49,603 bases of DNA from the NCBI GenBank assembly GCA_009691905.1, contig SIAF01000001.1, positions 1-49,603 of the forward strand. Direction: 5' to 3'. How positions within the stretch are numbered: position 1 is the first letter of the stretch; every line of letters starts with the position of its first letter. The notes below the pieces were generated by a model. It was not told the origin of the DNA, did no database searches, and worked only from the letters and a program-made list of their open reading frames with translations. The DNA is from Planctomycetaceae bacterium. Lineage in GTDB: Bacteria > Planctomycetota > Planctomycetia > Planctomycetales > Planctomycetaceae. Position numbers and translations under genes: made by a program. Shown one piece after another: positions 10,827-20,443 of this stretch.

Positions 10827-10851
10827 CCTCTCGAAAACTGAACCAACTCCC

Positions 10852-11742
10852 ATGGACTTCATCTACCGCTACGATCCGTTCCAGCCCGTACAGCGACTGC
10901 CGATCGCCGACGGGGCAGCGGCCGCCGAAGCGCTTCGCGCGGGGAACGACCGCTTTGCCGAATTCGTTCGGAGAATGCAGCAGCACACGCTGGGGAATGA
11001 CAACGGCGAGCCGATGATCATTCCGGTCTGCCCCGTATCGCTGGGGTTGCCGCTGGTGGCGGGTTTTGCCACGAATCAATCGCCGTTTGCCCTGGTGCTG
11101 GGCTGTTCGGACGCGCGGGTCCCGACCGAGACGATTTTCGATCAATCGTTCAACGATTTATTCGTCGTGCGGATCGCCGGCAACGTCCTGGGAACCGAAT
11201 GCCTGGGAAGCATCAACTATGCCGTGCGGAATCTGGCCGAGAGTCTGCAACTGGTTGTCGTCCTGGGCCACAGCGGCTGCGGGGCGGTCAGTGCGGCGGT
11301 CGACGCCTACCTCTCGCCCCACGATTTCGTCGACATCGCCTTTACGCACACGCTGCGCTCGCTGATCGATCGCATTCAAATTGCCGTGCGCGGGTCGGCG
11401 AAAGCCCTGACGAATGTGGGCGGCCCGTCGGTCGTCCAGTCGCCGGGATATCGCGATTGCCTGGTCGAAGTCGCCGTCTATTTGAATGCCGCCATCACCG
11501 CCTTCGACTTGCAGCGCGAAATTCGGTCGCAGGGAAACGCGACTCTGCCGATCGTCTTCGGCGCGTACGATCTGGCCAGTCAGCGCGTGCGGCCAATGCC
11601 CGATGCGCGCGGGCGTCCACCCTGTTTCGAATCGGGGTTTGCTGAGGCGCCGCAGTCGGCCGACGATTTCGTAAAGCTGGGCGTTCGCCTGGCCGAACGC
11701 CTGCTCGAGACAGGAGACGTGGGGTCGAGCCTCAACTGGTAA
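10852..11742 (+). CDS. Beta-class carbonic anhydrase family protein
   Basis: I start it at ATG 10852 (MDFIYRY...) to avoid overlap with truB. The zinc-ligand motifs are present: LGCSDARVP, FVVRIAGN, VLGHSGCGAV. Confidence 0.8.
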   Translation: MDFIYRYDPFQPVQRLPIADGAAAAEALRAGNDRFAEFVRRMQQHTLGNDNGEPMIIPVCPVSLGLPLVAGFATNQSPFALVLGCSDARVPTETIFDQSFNDLFVVRIAGNVLGTECLGSINYAVRNLAESLQLVVVLGHSGCGAVSAAVDAYLSPHDFVDIAFTHTLRSLIDRIQIAVRGSAKALTNVGGPSVVQSPGYRDCLVEVAVYLNAAITAFDLQREIRSQGNATLPIVFGAYDLASQRVRPMPDARGRPPCFESGFAEAPQSADDFVKLGVRLAERLLETGDVGSSLNW

Positions 11743-11759
11743 AAGCGTTTCTCACCCCA

Positions 11760-11886
11760 GGCGAGCGGGGGGCGTCAGCCCCCTGTTTCTGTCGACCGGC
11801 GTTTTCGTACGACCACGATCGCCTTTGATCGCACGCCAAGGGTTTCGTTTGCACGCGAAACTGGGGGCTGACGCCCCCCGCTCGCC
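11760..11886. repeat. Inverted pair of family-A REP units (potential ~30-bp stem with a 67-nt loop)
   Basis: 11760-11789 reads GGCGAGCGGGGGGCGTCAGCCCCCTGTTTC. 11857-11886 reads GAAACTGGGGGCTGACGCCCCCCGCTCGCC and is nearly its exact complement. The pair lies between the carbonic anhydrase gene and the PQQ-propeller gene. Confidence 0.8.
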
Positions 11887-11971
11887 TTGCGAGGTTTCGC
11901 GGCGGGAGACTATAGTCATCGACGGTCGTTTATGCATTGGTTCACAGCACTATCGGGAACAGGAATCTCGC

Positions 11972-13255
11972 ATGGAAATTCGTCGCGTCCTTATGCACTT
12001 GGCGGCTGGTTTTTCGGTCTGTGCTGCGACGGTTCGGCTGGCGGCCGATGCAAAGGGGCCGAAGGCCGACTGGCCGCAATGGCGCGGCCCGAAACGGGAT
12101 GCAGTCTCGGCTGACAAAGGCCTCCTCAAGACATGGGGCGAGCAGGGTCCCCCCCTGGCGTGGAAGACTTCCGGCTTGGGCGCCGGCTGGGCCAGCGTGG
12201 CACTGGCCGACGGCCGCATCTTTACGATGGGCCGCCGCGAGAACGGCGAATATTTGATCTGTCTGTCAGGCAACGACGGGAAAGAACAATGGGCGCTCAA
12301 GGTCGGCCTGGAGGCGGCGGACGAACCCAGCAGCACTCCGACGGTCGACGGCGATCACGTTTACGCCCTCGGGACGCACGGTGACCTGGTGTGCGCGAGC
12401 GTTGCCGGAAAAGAGTTGTGGAGGAAGAGCTTCATCAAGGATTTTGGCGGCTCCATCCCCACCTGGAAGTATTGCGAATCGCCGCTCGTCGACGGTGAAA
12501 AACTGATTTGCACTCCCGGCAGCCCCGACGCCACGCTCGTGGCCCTCAATAAGCAAACCGGTGCGGTTTTCTGGAAGGCGGCTGTCCCCAATGGCGGCGG
12601 AAGCGGCTCGGGGTACTCGTCGGTTGTCATCAGCGAAGGAGCGGGCGTGCGGCAGTACGTGCAACTGCTGGGGGCGGGCACCGGTTGCATCGGCGTAGCC
12701 GCCGCCGACGGGAAACTGCTCTGGAAGTACGAGCGAATCGGCAATGGGACCGCCAGCATCCCGACGCCGATCGTTGATGGCGACTACGTCTTCTGTTCGT
12801 CCGGCTATGGAACCGGTGCCGCGCTGTTGCAACTGAAGGCCGACGGGGGAGGGGTCAAAGCCAGTGAAGTTTACTTCCTCAAAGGAAACGAGTTTCTGAA
12901 CCACCACGGCGGGATGATTCACGTCGGTCCCTACATTTACAGCGGCCACGGCGATAATCAGGGGTTCCCGATCTGCATTGAAATGAAAACCGGGAAGATC
13001 GTCTGGGGGGGTAAAGAACGCGGTCCCGGCGCGGGCTCGGCGGCCGTGGTCTATGCCGACGGAAAACTCTACTTTCGCTATCAGGATGGCGTCATGGCGC
13101 TGATCGATGCCGGGACCGACGGCTATCACCTGAATGGCACGTTCAAGATTCCCGAAGTGCACCGCCAAAGCTGGTCGCACCCCGTTGTCGCCGGCGGGAA
13201 ACTTTACCTGCGCGAGCAGAACAACCTGTTCGTCTATCAACTCACGGCGAAGTGA
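11972..13255 (+). CDS. Secreted PQQ-like beta-propeller repeat protein (BamB-like fold)
   Basis: Start is MEIRRVLMHLAAGFSVCAATVRLAA (signal peptide). It continues DWPQWRGPKRDAVS...LAWKT with repeated GxxYxxxxxGxLxCLDxxTGKxxW-type blades. Confidence 0.8.
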   Translation: MEIRRVLMHLAAGFSVCAATVRLAADAKGPKADWPQWRGPKRDAVSADKGLLKTWGEQGPPLAWKTSGLGAGWASVALADGRIFTMGRRENGEYLICLSGNDGKEQWALKVGLEAADEPSSTPTVDGDHVYALGTHGDLVCASVAGKELWRKSFIKDFGGSIPTWKYCESPLVDGEKLICTPGSPDATLVALNKQTGAVFWKAAVPNGGGSGSGYSSVVISEGAGVRQYVQLLGAGTGCIGVAAADGKLLWKYERIGNGTASIPTPIVDGDYVFCSSGYGTGAALLQLKADGGGVKASEVYFLKGNEFLNHHGGMIHVGPYIYSGHGDNQGFPICIEMKTGKIVWGGKERGPGAGSAAVVYADGKLYFRYQDGVMALIDAGTDGYHLNGTFKIPEVHRQSWSHPVVAGGKLYLREQNNLFVYQLTAK

Positions 13256-13266
13256 CGAACGCTCGC

Positions 13267-14022
13267 TTACTCGCCGCTCCCCAGAAAGCGGCCGCCGTCG
13301 ACGCGATAAATCGCGCCGGTGACGAAGTCGGTCCCTTCGAGCAGGTACAGCACGAGATTGTTGGCATCATCGGGAGTGCCGACTCGCTTCAGCGGCGACG
13401 CCTGGCGAATCGCTTCGATGTCGTCCTCCGTCAGATCGGGGGGCGGGTCGATCATCGCCGGCGCGATCGCGTTGACGGCGATCGTCGGCGCGAGTTCCAC
13501 CGCCAGGGCCTTCGTCATCGTGGCCACCCCCCCCTTGGCAATCAGATAGGGCAGAAAATTTTTGTACGGGCGATCGACCGCCCAATCGGCGAAGTTGACG
13601 ATTTTTCCCTGGATGCCATCGACGATCGGTTGTCGCTGCATGGCCCGTCCTGCGGCCACCGCCGTCAAATACGGCGCCTTGAGATTTGATGCGATGCTGT
13701 CATCAAAATCCTCGGGCGCGAGTTGATCGAACGGCGTCGCGTGAAATTCGCTGGCCATATTGATCAAGGCATCCAGCGACCCGAATCGGGCGACGGTCTG
13801 ATCGACCAGTCGCGCGGCATCGTCGGGCTTCCGGAGATCGGCAGCGAATGCCTCGCAGCGAACCCCCTGGGCGCGAACCTCGGCAGCGACCGACTCGATT
13901 CGCTCACGACTTTTGAAATAGCTGAAAGCGACATTCGCCCCGCGGCGACCAAGCTGCACCGCCAGCCGCGCGCCGACGCGCCGGCCGCCGGTGATCAGAA
14001 TCGTCATTCCCGCGAGATTCAT
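13267..14022 (-). CDS. SDR family oxidoreductase (short-chain dehydrogenase/reductase)
   Basis: Rossmann motif ILITGGRRVGARLA, NMAS, and catalytic YLIAK (YxxxK). I chose the start at ATG 14022 (MNLAGMTIL...), which leaves a 22-nt gap after the upstream TolB-like gene. Confidence 0.85.
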   Translation of the reverse strand: MNLAGMTILITGGRRVGARLAVQLGRRGANVAFSYFKSRERIESVAAEVRAQGVRCEAFAADLRKPDDAARLVDQTVARFGSLDALINMASEFHATPFDQLAPEDFDDSIASNLKAPYLTAVAAGRAMQRQPIVDGIQGKIVNFADWAVDRPYKNFLPYLIAKGGVATMTKALAVELAPTIAVNAIAPAMIDPPPDLTEDDIEAIRQASPLKRVGTPDDANNLVLYLLEGTDFVTGAIYRVDGGRFLGSGE

Positions 14023-14044
14023 GGATTCGGCTTTCCCGATTGTC

Positions 14045-15124
14045 TCAGCGACCGGCTTTGCGTTCCGTCGATTCACGCACCCAATCGGCGATAAACAACT
14101 GGCTGCTCTCGTCGGCGGTGCGGGTGCTGGTCCACATCAGTTTTTTGCCGTCGGGGCTGAAAACCGGCAGCACGTCGCTGCGGTGCATGTCGGTGATCTG
14201 CTTGATTTCACCGCCGGTCAATTTGCCGTCGGGATACGTCAGTTCCATTGTGAACAGGTGAAACTTGGCGCTCGCGGGACCGCGCGAATAGTCGGCGGCC
14301 GACCAGATGAAATACATGCCGCTGGGGTGGAAGTACGGACACCAGTTGACCGACTGCAGATTGTTCGTGAGCTGAACTTCGGTCTTGCCGTCGGACGAGA
14401 TCGCGAAAATCTGCAGCATGTCCTTTTCCTGCCGATCGCTGCGGAAGATGACCCACTTCGCATCGGGCGAAAAGAAAGGGCCCCCGTCGTAGCCGGGGGT
14501 GTCGGTCAATTGCCGCACGTTCGTGCCGTCGGCATCCATGATGTACAGGTCGGGGTCACCGTCGCGGTTGGAGGTGAACACGATTTGTTTGCCGTCAAAC
14601 GAATAGCTGCCCTCGGCATCGTAGCCGGGGGCGTCGGTCAGTTTCTTCAGCCCGGTGCCGTCGAAGTTGACGGTGTACAGGTCCATGTGCGGGTCGAAAT
14701 CCCACTGGTAGCGTCGGCGACCCCCCTGAGCCGCCTCTTCGCGGGCCTTGAGTTCCGTCACATCGATCGTGCGGTCGGTATGGCTCGAGGCAAACAGAAT
14801 CGTCTTGCCGTCGGGTGTGAAGTACGCGCAAGTCGTTCGACCACGGCCGGTGCTGACGAGCCGCGGCTGGTTGGAGTCGAGCGGCTGCGTATAAATCTGG
14901 TAGAAGGGGTATCCGATCGGGTAGGCCTGATAAACGATCAGCTTGCCGTCGGCCGAGAAATACCCTTCACCGGCCCTGGGCAACCCCTGCGTCACTTGCT
15001 GCAAGGTGGACAGGGACTGCGATTCGAGAGCCGTGAGCGGCAGCGACTTCGGAACCGGCTCGGCAGCAGTCGCGACGGACACGGCCGACAAGAATGCAGC
15101 AAACACGCTCGAACGCCACAACAT
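14045..15124 (-). CDS. PD40/TolB-like beta-propeller protein, secreted
   Basis: Start is MLWRSSVFAAFLSAVSVATAAEP (signal peptide). PD40-type repeats recur (YFSADGKLIVY, YFTPDGKTILF, SFDGKQIVFTSNRDG, FFSPDAKWVIFRSDR, VFSPDGKKLMWTS). Confidence 0.8.
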   Translation of the reverse strand: MLWRSSVFAAFLSAVSVATAAEPVPKSLPLTALESQSLSTLQQVTQGLPRAGEGYFSADGKLIVYQAYPIGYPFYQIYTQPLDSNQPRLVSTGRGRTTCAYFTPDGKTILFASSHTDRTIDVTELKAREEAAQGGRRRYQWDFDPHMDLYTVNFDGTGLKKLTDAPGYDAEGSYSFDGKQIVFTSNRDGDPDLYIMDADGTNVRQLTDTPGYDGGPFFSPDAKWVIFRSDRQEKDMLQIFAISSDGKTEVQLTNNLQSVNWCPYFHPSGMYFIWSAADYSRGPASAKFHLFTMELTYPDGKLTGGEIKQITDMHRSDVLPVFSPDGKKLMWTSTRTADESSQLFIADWVRESTERKAGR

Positions 15125-15234
15125 GCGATTGATCCTCGGGGGGATGTCGTGATCTTTTGCATAAAACACCGCCATCGTATTATAGAGCCTTCTCAGGCGC
15201 TGCGGAATGAGTCCCGCTGAATGCAACTCGTGGA

Positions 15235-15921
15235 GTGCCCATGATCGTCGATCGAGAGCATCGAGAACAACTGGCTGACGCGATCGAGCGGTTTCTCGCC
15301 GACGGGATGACTGCCTTCGAATTCGACGACGAGATTCAGGCGATTCGGGAAGCCAGCGATGACGCCACGATCAGGCACGTTTGTTGTGCGCTCTGGTTTC
15401 ACTACGACGATTGCAAGGACCACCAGGTCATTCTGTCAAAGCTGGGATGGGATTACTTTTACCGGCTCATGCTGTTACTGAAATCTAATGCCCAGCTACG
15501 AGTGGAACTTCGCCGCCAATGGTCGTTGACCCAGCTTGTCGCGCTGATTGCCATTGTGCTGTTCGTCTGCTGCGCGGTTCCCATGGGCTTCGGCAAACAA
15601 TTGTTCGTCGTCTCGATACCGTTTGGTGTGGTTTCGATCGGGCTGTCGAAGTATCGCGAGCGCGTGGCACCGTCAGGTTCCGAAATCGCACTGATCCCAT
15701 TTGCTTCGATTTCAGAGATCGCCCGCGTGCGGCGCGAGGTCGTTGAATTCCGAAAACGGAAGTACCCGCCCGACCTGGCGACGAGAGTCATTCGCACGCC
15801 TCTGGAAAGTCTGGCGACATGGCTTCCTATGTACGCAGTTTGGCTGACGTGCGCGCCCATTGTATTGTTGTTTCAGATGTTACCTGTCACGGTCAGCCGG
15901 ACGTACGTCGACGCGTGCTGA
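15235..15921 (+). CDS. Hypothetical membrane protein
   Basis: This 228-aa ORF (GTG 15235 or ATG 15241) has no competing ORF. It has a soluble N-terminal half and 3-4 hydrophobic segments (LVALIAIVLFVCCAVPMGF, LFVVSIPFGVVSIGL, LPMYAVWLTCAPIVLLF). I recognise no family. Confidence 0.55.
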   Translation: MPMIVDREHREQLADAIERFLADGMTAFEFDDEIQAIREASDDATIRHVCCALWFHYDDCKDHQVILSKLGWDYFYRLMLLLKSNAQLRVELRRQWSLTQLVALIAIVLFVCCAVPMGFGKQLFVVSIPFGVVSIGLSKYRERVAPSGSEIALIPFASISEIARVRREVVEFRKRKYPPDLATRVIRTPLESLATWLPMYAVWLTCAPIVLLFQMLPVTVSRTYVDAC

Positions 15922-15949
15922 CGGGCACTACGGAACGGATCTGTTCAGC

Positions 15950-17632
15950 ATGACGGGCTTCTTCTCCAAAGACAGCATCATCGCCCCCGCCCGGTTCAAC
16001 CGCTGGCGGGTTCCTCCGGCGTCGATTGCGATTCACCTGTGCATCGGCTCGGTTTATGCCTGGAGCGTCTTCAATGCGCCGCTCGAGCGAGTGCTCGGTG
16101 TCGCCGTCAGCGCGCCCGACGATTGGAGCTTCGCCCAGACCAACGGCATTTATATGACGGCAATCGTATTCCTGGGGCTTTCGGCGGCGGTCGCGGGCAA
16201 ATGGATGGAACGGGTCGGCCCGCGCGCGGTCGGCACGGTCGCCGCGCTGTGCTGGGCGTGCGGTTTCTGGCTGGGCGGGTTGGGAATTCACGCTCACCAG
16301 TTGTGGCTGGTGTATCTGGGGTATGGAGTCGTCGGCGGCGTGGGGCTCGGGCTGGGTTACGTTTCTCCGGTCAGCACGCTGATTCGCTGGTTTCCCGATC
16401 GCCGCGGGATGGCGACCGGCATGGCCATCATGGGCTTTGGCGGAGGGGCGATGCTCGGCGCGCCGCTCAAAGGCAGCCTGATGGCCGAGTTCTATCGGCC
16501 CCCGCAGTACCTGGGAACGGTGGCTGACGTCCGCCCCTTCACCGAGAATGCGAGACGCTTTGCCGAGGTTGATGGCCGCCGCGTTGAAGTGGTTGAAGTC
16601 GGCTCAAACGAATTGAGCGACCAGATCCGTGAAGCGGGCGTGTACGTCGTCGGGACCGGCAGCACCGGCGTGGCGGGGGCGTTTTTCGCCCTGGGAGCAA
16701 TCTACCTGGTCGTGATGCTGCCGGCGGCCCTGTCGTACCGGCTGCCCGCTCCCGATTGGAAACCCGACGGCTGGGATCCTTCGACGGTTTCGTCCTCGGC
16801 CGTGAAGATGATCAGCGCGCATCACGTCGGCATCGACGATGCGCTGCGTACGCCGCAGTTCTACCTGCTGTGGCTGATGCTGTGCCTGAATGTCGCGGCA
16901 GGCATCGGCATGATCGGCGCCGCCAAAACGATTGTGAAAGACATTTTTCGCGGTCCGCTGCCGCAGATCGTCACCGATGGTTTCGCCCAGACGTACGTGC
17001 TGATGATCAGCGTGGCCAACATGCTGGGCCGATTCGTGTGGGCCAGCCTGTCCGATCGCCTGGGCCGAAAGACGATCTACACCGTTTTTTTTCTTTTGGG
17101 CGGCGTGCTGTACCTGTCGGTCCCTGTGTGTGCGATCGCGGTCAGCCGGCAACCCGCGGTCGGTTGGCTGGCCGCGTTTTATGCGATCACGATGCTGATC
17201 GTGTCGATGTACGGCGGCGGATTCGCGACGATTCCGGCGTATCTGGCCGATCTTTTCGGCACGAAGTTCGTCGGCGGGATTCACGGCCGGCTGCTGACCG
17301 CATGGAGCACCGCCGGCGTCATCGGCACGCTGACGCTCTCGTCCCTTCGCGAACATTCGCGAGGGCGGGCCATGACCCAACTGGCCGAATCGATCGATCC
17401 GGCCGCATTTGCCGTGAAATTCGGTGTCGCGATCAACGAACTTCCCGCCCTGATTCAGAAGAACGTAGTGACAATTCCCAAGCTGCTGGAACTGGCCCCA
17501 CCGGGCACGATCGATCCGTCGGGCAGCCTCTACAACTCGACGATGGTGCTGATGGCGTTGTTTCTGGGTATCGCCGCCGTGGCCAACTGGTTCGTGCGGC
17601 CGGTCGACGTCAGGCACCACTTGAATCATTGA
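15950..17632 (+). CDS. MFS transporter, OFA (oxalate/formate antiporter-like) family
   Basis: Start is MTGFFSKDSIIAPARFNRWRVPPASIAIHLCIGSVYAWSVFNAPL, typical of the OFA/YhjX-type N-terminus. It has about 12 hydrophobic helices with a large central loop. Confidence 0.85.
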   Translation: MTGFFSKDSIIAPARFNRWRVPPASIAIHLCIGSVYAWSVFNAPLERVLGVAVSAPDDWSFAQTNGIYMTAIVFLGLSAAVAGKWMERVGPRAVGTVAALCWACGFWLGGLGIHAHQLWLVYLGYGVVGGVGLGLGYVSPVSTLIRWFPDRRGMATGMAIMGFGGGAMLGAPLKGSLMAEFYRPPQYLGTVADVRPFTENARRFAEVDGRRVEVVEVGSNELSDQIREAGVYVVGTGSTGVAGAFFALGAIYLVVMLPAALSYRLPAPDWKPDGWDPSTVSSSAVKMISAHHVGIDDALRTPQFYLLWLMLCLNVAAGIGMIGAAKTIVKDIFRGPLPQIVTDGFAQTYVLMISVANMLGRFVWASLSDRLGRKTIYTVFFLLGGVLYLSVPVCAIAVSRQPAVGWLAAFYAITMLIVSMYGGGFATIPAYLADLFGTKFVGGIHGRLLTAWSTAGVIGTLTLSSLREHSRGRAMTQLAESIDPAAFAVKFGVAINELPALIQKNVVTIPKLLELAPPGTIDPSGSLYNSTMVLMALFLGIAAVANWFVRPVDVRHHLNH

Positions 17633-17753
17633 AAACGCCCGCGTGCCACCGCGTTGATACCGTTTGCCGAAATGCAACAGCGGTTCCGCGCCCGGGCCGG
17701 GTAACGGGTCTGGCATTGCTGAATTCTCGAAGTTTCACGTATAAGTCGGCGCC

Positions 17754-18095
17754 ATGTTGATCCCCCGATCAGTACATCGCTCCGCTTTGGCTGCCGCGCT
17801 GATCGCACTGTGGCCGGCCGGTTGCGCGTCGCCGTTTAATATCCATTCGGCGAATGAAGTCACCCGCGAGCGGCTGCTCGAACTGGCCGACACGGGAGCG
17901 GCCGACCACATGCAGTACATGGGCAGCGACCGCGCCTTTCATTACGTCTACGACGAACGCCCGAACCGACAGAAGACGTACAAGGTTCGGCGCGAGCAGA
18001 TCGAACTCAAAGAACGCTTCGGCGTCGGCGAAGACTCGTACACGTTGCACCCCTGGCTGATTGAAGGCGACTTGCTGGGGACCAAACCCAAATAG
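17754..18095 (+). CDS. Hypothetical lipoprotein
   Basis: 113 aa. The signal peptide has a lipobox (AAALIALWPAGC-AS). Confidence 0.55.
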   Translation: MLIPRSVHRSALAAALIALWPAGCASPFNIHSANEVTRERLLELADTGAADHMQYMGSDRAFHYVYDERPNRQKTYKVRREQIELKERFGVGEDSYTLHPWLIEGDLLGTKPK

Positions 18096-18237
18096 CCGCC
18101 CTGGGCGCGTCAATCGGACAGGAATCACCTGGGCCAACAGCGTGTGAAAAAAGGGGGAAAGGCACCGCCGGGATAATTCCGACTCGCAGGGATTTATCTC
18201 TTCGCGTCGGAGCCAGTCCCCCATATTCAACGGGCGG

Positions 18238-19314
18238 CTACGAATGCTCTGCCCGTCGCAGACGGTCGTTGAGCGCTCGCCCCAGCCCCTGCTCGGGAAA
18301 TGGCTCGGCGACGATCAGTTCGAGCCCGGCCGCGTCGAGCCGGCGCAGGGCGGCAAAAAACTTCGCGGCGGCCTCGCGCAGGTCACCGGTTACCGAAAGC
18401 ACTTCGACAACTGCGTACGGTGTCGTGTCGGCAGGGAGACGAAAGGCGAGGAGCCCGACTCGATGGAGTGAGGCCGCAGTTCGCTCCGCCTGGTCGCCGG
18501 TCGAGTGCGTCGGCCCCTGCACCACGAGCGCCGTTCGCGGTGCGTAATGCTGGGGCAGCGTTCCCGGAGAGGCCTGTCCCGCCGACGATTCTTCGATCGG
18601 CTGCATCCGCCCCTCGCCCCTCGCCCCTCGCCCCTCGCCCCTCGCCTGTCCCGCCGGCGATTCTTCGATCGGCTGCATCGCGGGAACCTTAACCGGGCCT
18701 ATGACCGCTTCGATCTCTTCCAGTGTGGTCCCACCCGGACGCAGCAGTGTGGCCCCATCGGGACTCAGTTGCAGCACGGTCGATTCGACCCCGACCCGGC
18801 ATGGGCCTCCATCGAGAATCAGATCGACGAACGTTCCCAATTGCTCGCGGACATGGGCCGCAGTCGTCGGGCTGATCCGGCCGAACAGGTTGGCGCTCGG
18901 CGCGGCGATCGGCACGCCGGCCGCGCGCAACAATTCGAGGGCCAGCGGATGATCGGGCATCCGCACGGCGACCGTGGGGCAGCCGGCCGTCACCAGATCG
19001 GGCACAGCCGCTGTCCTGGGCAATACCAACGTCAGTGGACCGGGCCAGAAGCGATCGATCAGCGATTGAGCCGCGGCGGGGACTTCGACAACCAGTCGCG
19101 GCAGCCAACTCGGGTCGGCAACGTGTACAATCAGAGGATCGAACCACGGCCGACCTTTGACCTCGAACACGCGGGCCACAGCCCGTCCGTCGAACGCGTT
19201 CGCCCCCAAACCGTAGACCGTTTCGGTGGGAAAGGCCACGATCCCCCCCTCACGCAAAAAGCGCGCGGCACGGGTGATTTCGTCAGTCGTTGCAGGTGGC
19301 TGCGGGTTCGACAT
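18238..19314 (-). CDS. tsaC: L-threonylcarbamoyladenylate synthase, Sua5-type (YrdC domain + Sua5 C-terminal domain)
   Basis: GGIVAFPTETVYGLGANAF...KGRPWFDPLIVHV marks the YrdC domain. The HYAP linker motif and a C-terminal Sua5 domain follow. I take the start as ATG 19314 (MSNPQPP...). The ORF track extends it to a TTG at 19362. Confidence 0.88.
   Translation of the reverse strand: MSNPQPPATTDEITRAARFLREGGIVAFPTETVYGLGANAFDGRAVARVFEVKGRPWFDPLIVHVADPSWLPRLVVEVPAAAQSLIDRFWPGPLTLVLPRTAAVPDLVTAGCPTVAVRMPDHPLALELLRAAGVPIAAPSANLFGRISPTTAAHVREQLGTFVDLILDGGPCRVGVESTVLQLSPDGATLLRPGGTTLEEIEAVIGPVKVPAMQPIEESPAGQARGEGRGARGEGRMQPIEESSAGQASPGTLPQHYAPRTALVVQGPTHSTGDQAERTAASLHRVGLLAFRLPADTTPYAVVEVLSVTGDLREAAAKFFAALRRLDAAGLELIVAEPFPEQGLGRALNDRLRRAEHS
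18572..18678 (-). repeat. 35-bp direct duplication flanking a (CCCCTCG)5 heptamer array inside the tsaC coding sequence
   Basis: DR1 18572-18606 and DR2 18644-18678 differ at one base and are offset by exactly 72 nt. Five CCCCTCG units occupy 18610-18644. On the coding strand this encodes MQPIEESPAGQA-RGEGRGARGEGR-MQPIEESSAGQA. Confidence 0.9.
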
Positions 19315-19543
19315 CGTGTGAGAGGATACCGCGCAGCGCAGCGCTTTCGTAGGACGGTGCAACCTGGCATCAGACGGCGGTCGCCGGAAATTGCGTTTGC
19401 CGACGGTGGTCGGTACGCTGATCTGCGTCGATTGACAAGCGCCAGTCCCGTTTTCAACTGTTCATTCTCCCCGCCCCCCGTCGAGGGAGAGGGGAGAGAA
19501 AAACCGAATTCACCTGGCGACCTGACTCCCGGAGACGCATCTC

Positions 19544-20356
19544 ATGGCCGACTTTGTTTATTGCCTGAATTCGAGCACGATTCGTCCGGTCCCGATTCTG
19601 CAGAAGATCGAGATCGCCGCACAGTCCGGATACGCGGCGATCGAACTGTGGCACGACGATATCGACGCCCACCTCGCCCGGGGGGGGACGCTGAAGGACA
19701 TTCGCAAGGCGCTCGACGATCAGGGTCTCACCGTCCCGACGACGATTTATCTCAAAGGCTGGTTCGAAACGACCGGTCCCGAGCACGTTGCCGAGCTGGA
19801 CGAATGCAAGCGGCGGATGCAGCAGGCGGTCGAAGTCGGGGCGGTGCATGTCATTGCCGGCCCGCCGGGGGGGATGGCCGACCACGACCTGGGCGCCAGA
19901 AATTATCGCGAACTGCTCGAAATCGGAATCGCGATGGGGGTCAAGCCGGCGATGGAGTTTCTCGGCTTCGTCGACGACATCAACACGATTGAAGACGGAC
20001 TGGAAATCATCACCAGGGCGGGCCACCCGGACGGGACAGTCGTGCTCGACCCGTTCCACATTTTCCGTGGCGGCGGCTCGGCCGAGTCGATTGCCAAACT
20101 CAAGCCGCAACAAATCGCCATCATGCATTTCAACGACACGCCGGCGCACCCGCCCCGCGTCCAGCAGCACGACAAAGACCGCGTGTACCCCGGCGACGGC
20201 CACCTGGATTTGAAACGCGAACTCGACTTGCTGCGGCAGGTGGGCTACGACAAATGGCTGTCGCTGGAACTATTCCGCGAAGACCTGTGGGCCGGCGACC
20301 CGCGCGAGGTGGCCCGCACGGGGCTTGAGAAAATGCGTGCCGTTGCCGAAGGGTAG
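19544..20356 (+). CDS. Sugar phosphate isomerase/epimerase (xylose isomerase-like TIM barrel)
   Basis: 270 aa. AAQSGYAAIELW...VGAVHVIAGP...AMEFLGF...VVLDPFHIF matches the AP-endonuclease-2/xylose-isomerase-like TIM barrel pattern. Confidence 0.8.
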   Translation: MADFVYCLNSSTIRPVPILQKIEIAAQSGYAAIELWHDDIDAHLARGGTLKDIRKALDDQGLTVPTTIYLKGWFETTGPEHVAELDECKRRMQQAVEVGAVHVIAGPPGGMADHDLGARNYRELLEIGIAMGVKPAMEFLGFVDDINTIEDGLEIITRAGHPDGTVVLDPFHIFRGGGSAESIAKLKPQQIAIMHFNDTPAHPPRVQQHDKDRVYPGDGHLDLKRELDLLRQVGYDKWLSLELFREDLWAGDPREVARTGLEKMRAVAEG

Positions 20357-20381
20357 GCCGAAATCGCTCCCATTATTCTCC

Positions 20382-20410
20382 TTGACAGTCATATATCGCG
20401 AAGCTATATA
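20382..20410 (+). promoter_or_regulatory. Near-consensus sigma70-like promoter of the padR operon (TTGACA-17 nt-TATATA)
   Basis: TTGACA 20382-20387, 17-nt spacer, TATATA 20405-20410. GGAGG at 20434-20438 lies 5 nt before ATG 20444. AT-alternating half-sites (ATATAT...TATATAT) overlap the spacer and -10 and could be the PadR operator. Confidence 0.6.
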
Positions 20411-20443
20411 TAGACTCGCTACACACATGCAGCGGAGGCATTG

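Noticed and set aside
10588-10851. N-terminal extension of the carbonic anhydrase ORF overlapping truB by about 240 nt.
   Set aside because: The extension is an out-of-frame read of the truB 3' end. ATG 10852 follows the truB stop by 25 nt and begins the conserved region.
19363-19543. TTGACA at 19431-19436 as a promoter for the isomerase gene, and the CTCCCC...GGGGAG hairpin at about 19468-19498.
   Set aside because: No acceptable -10 hexamer lies at 16-18 nt from the TTGACA. The hairpin is another short GC-rich REP-like unit with no specific evidence of function.
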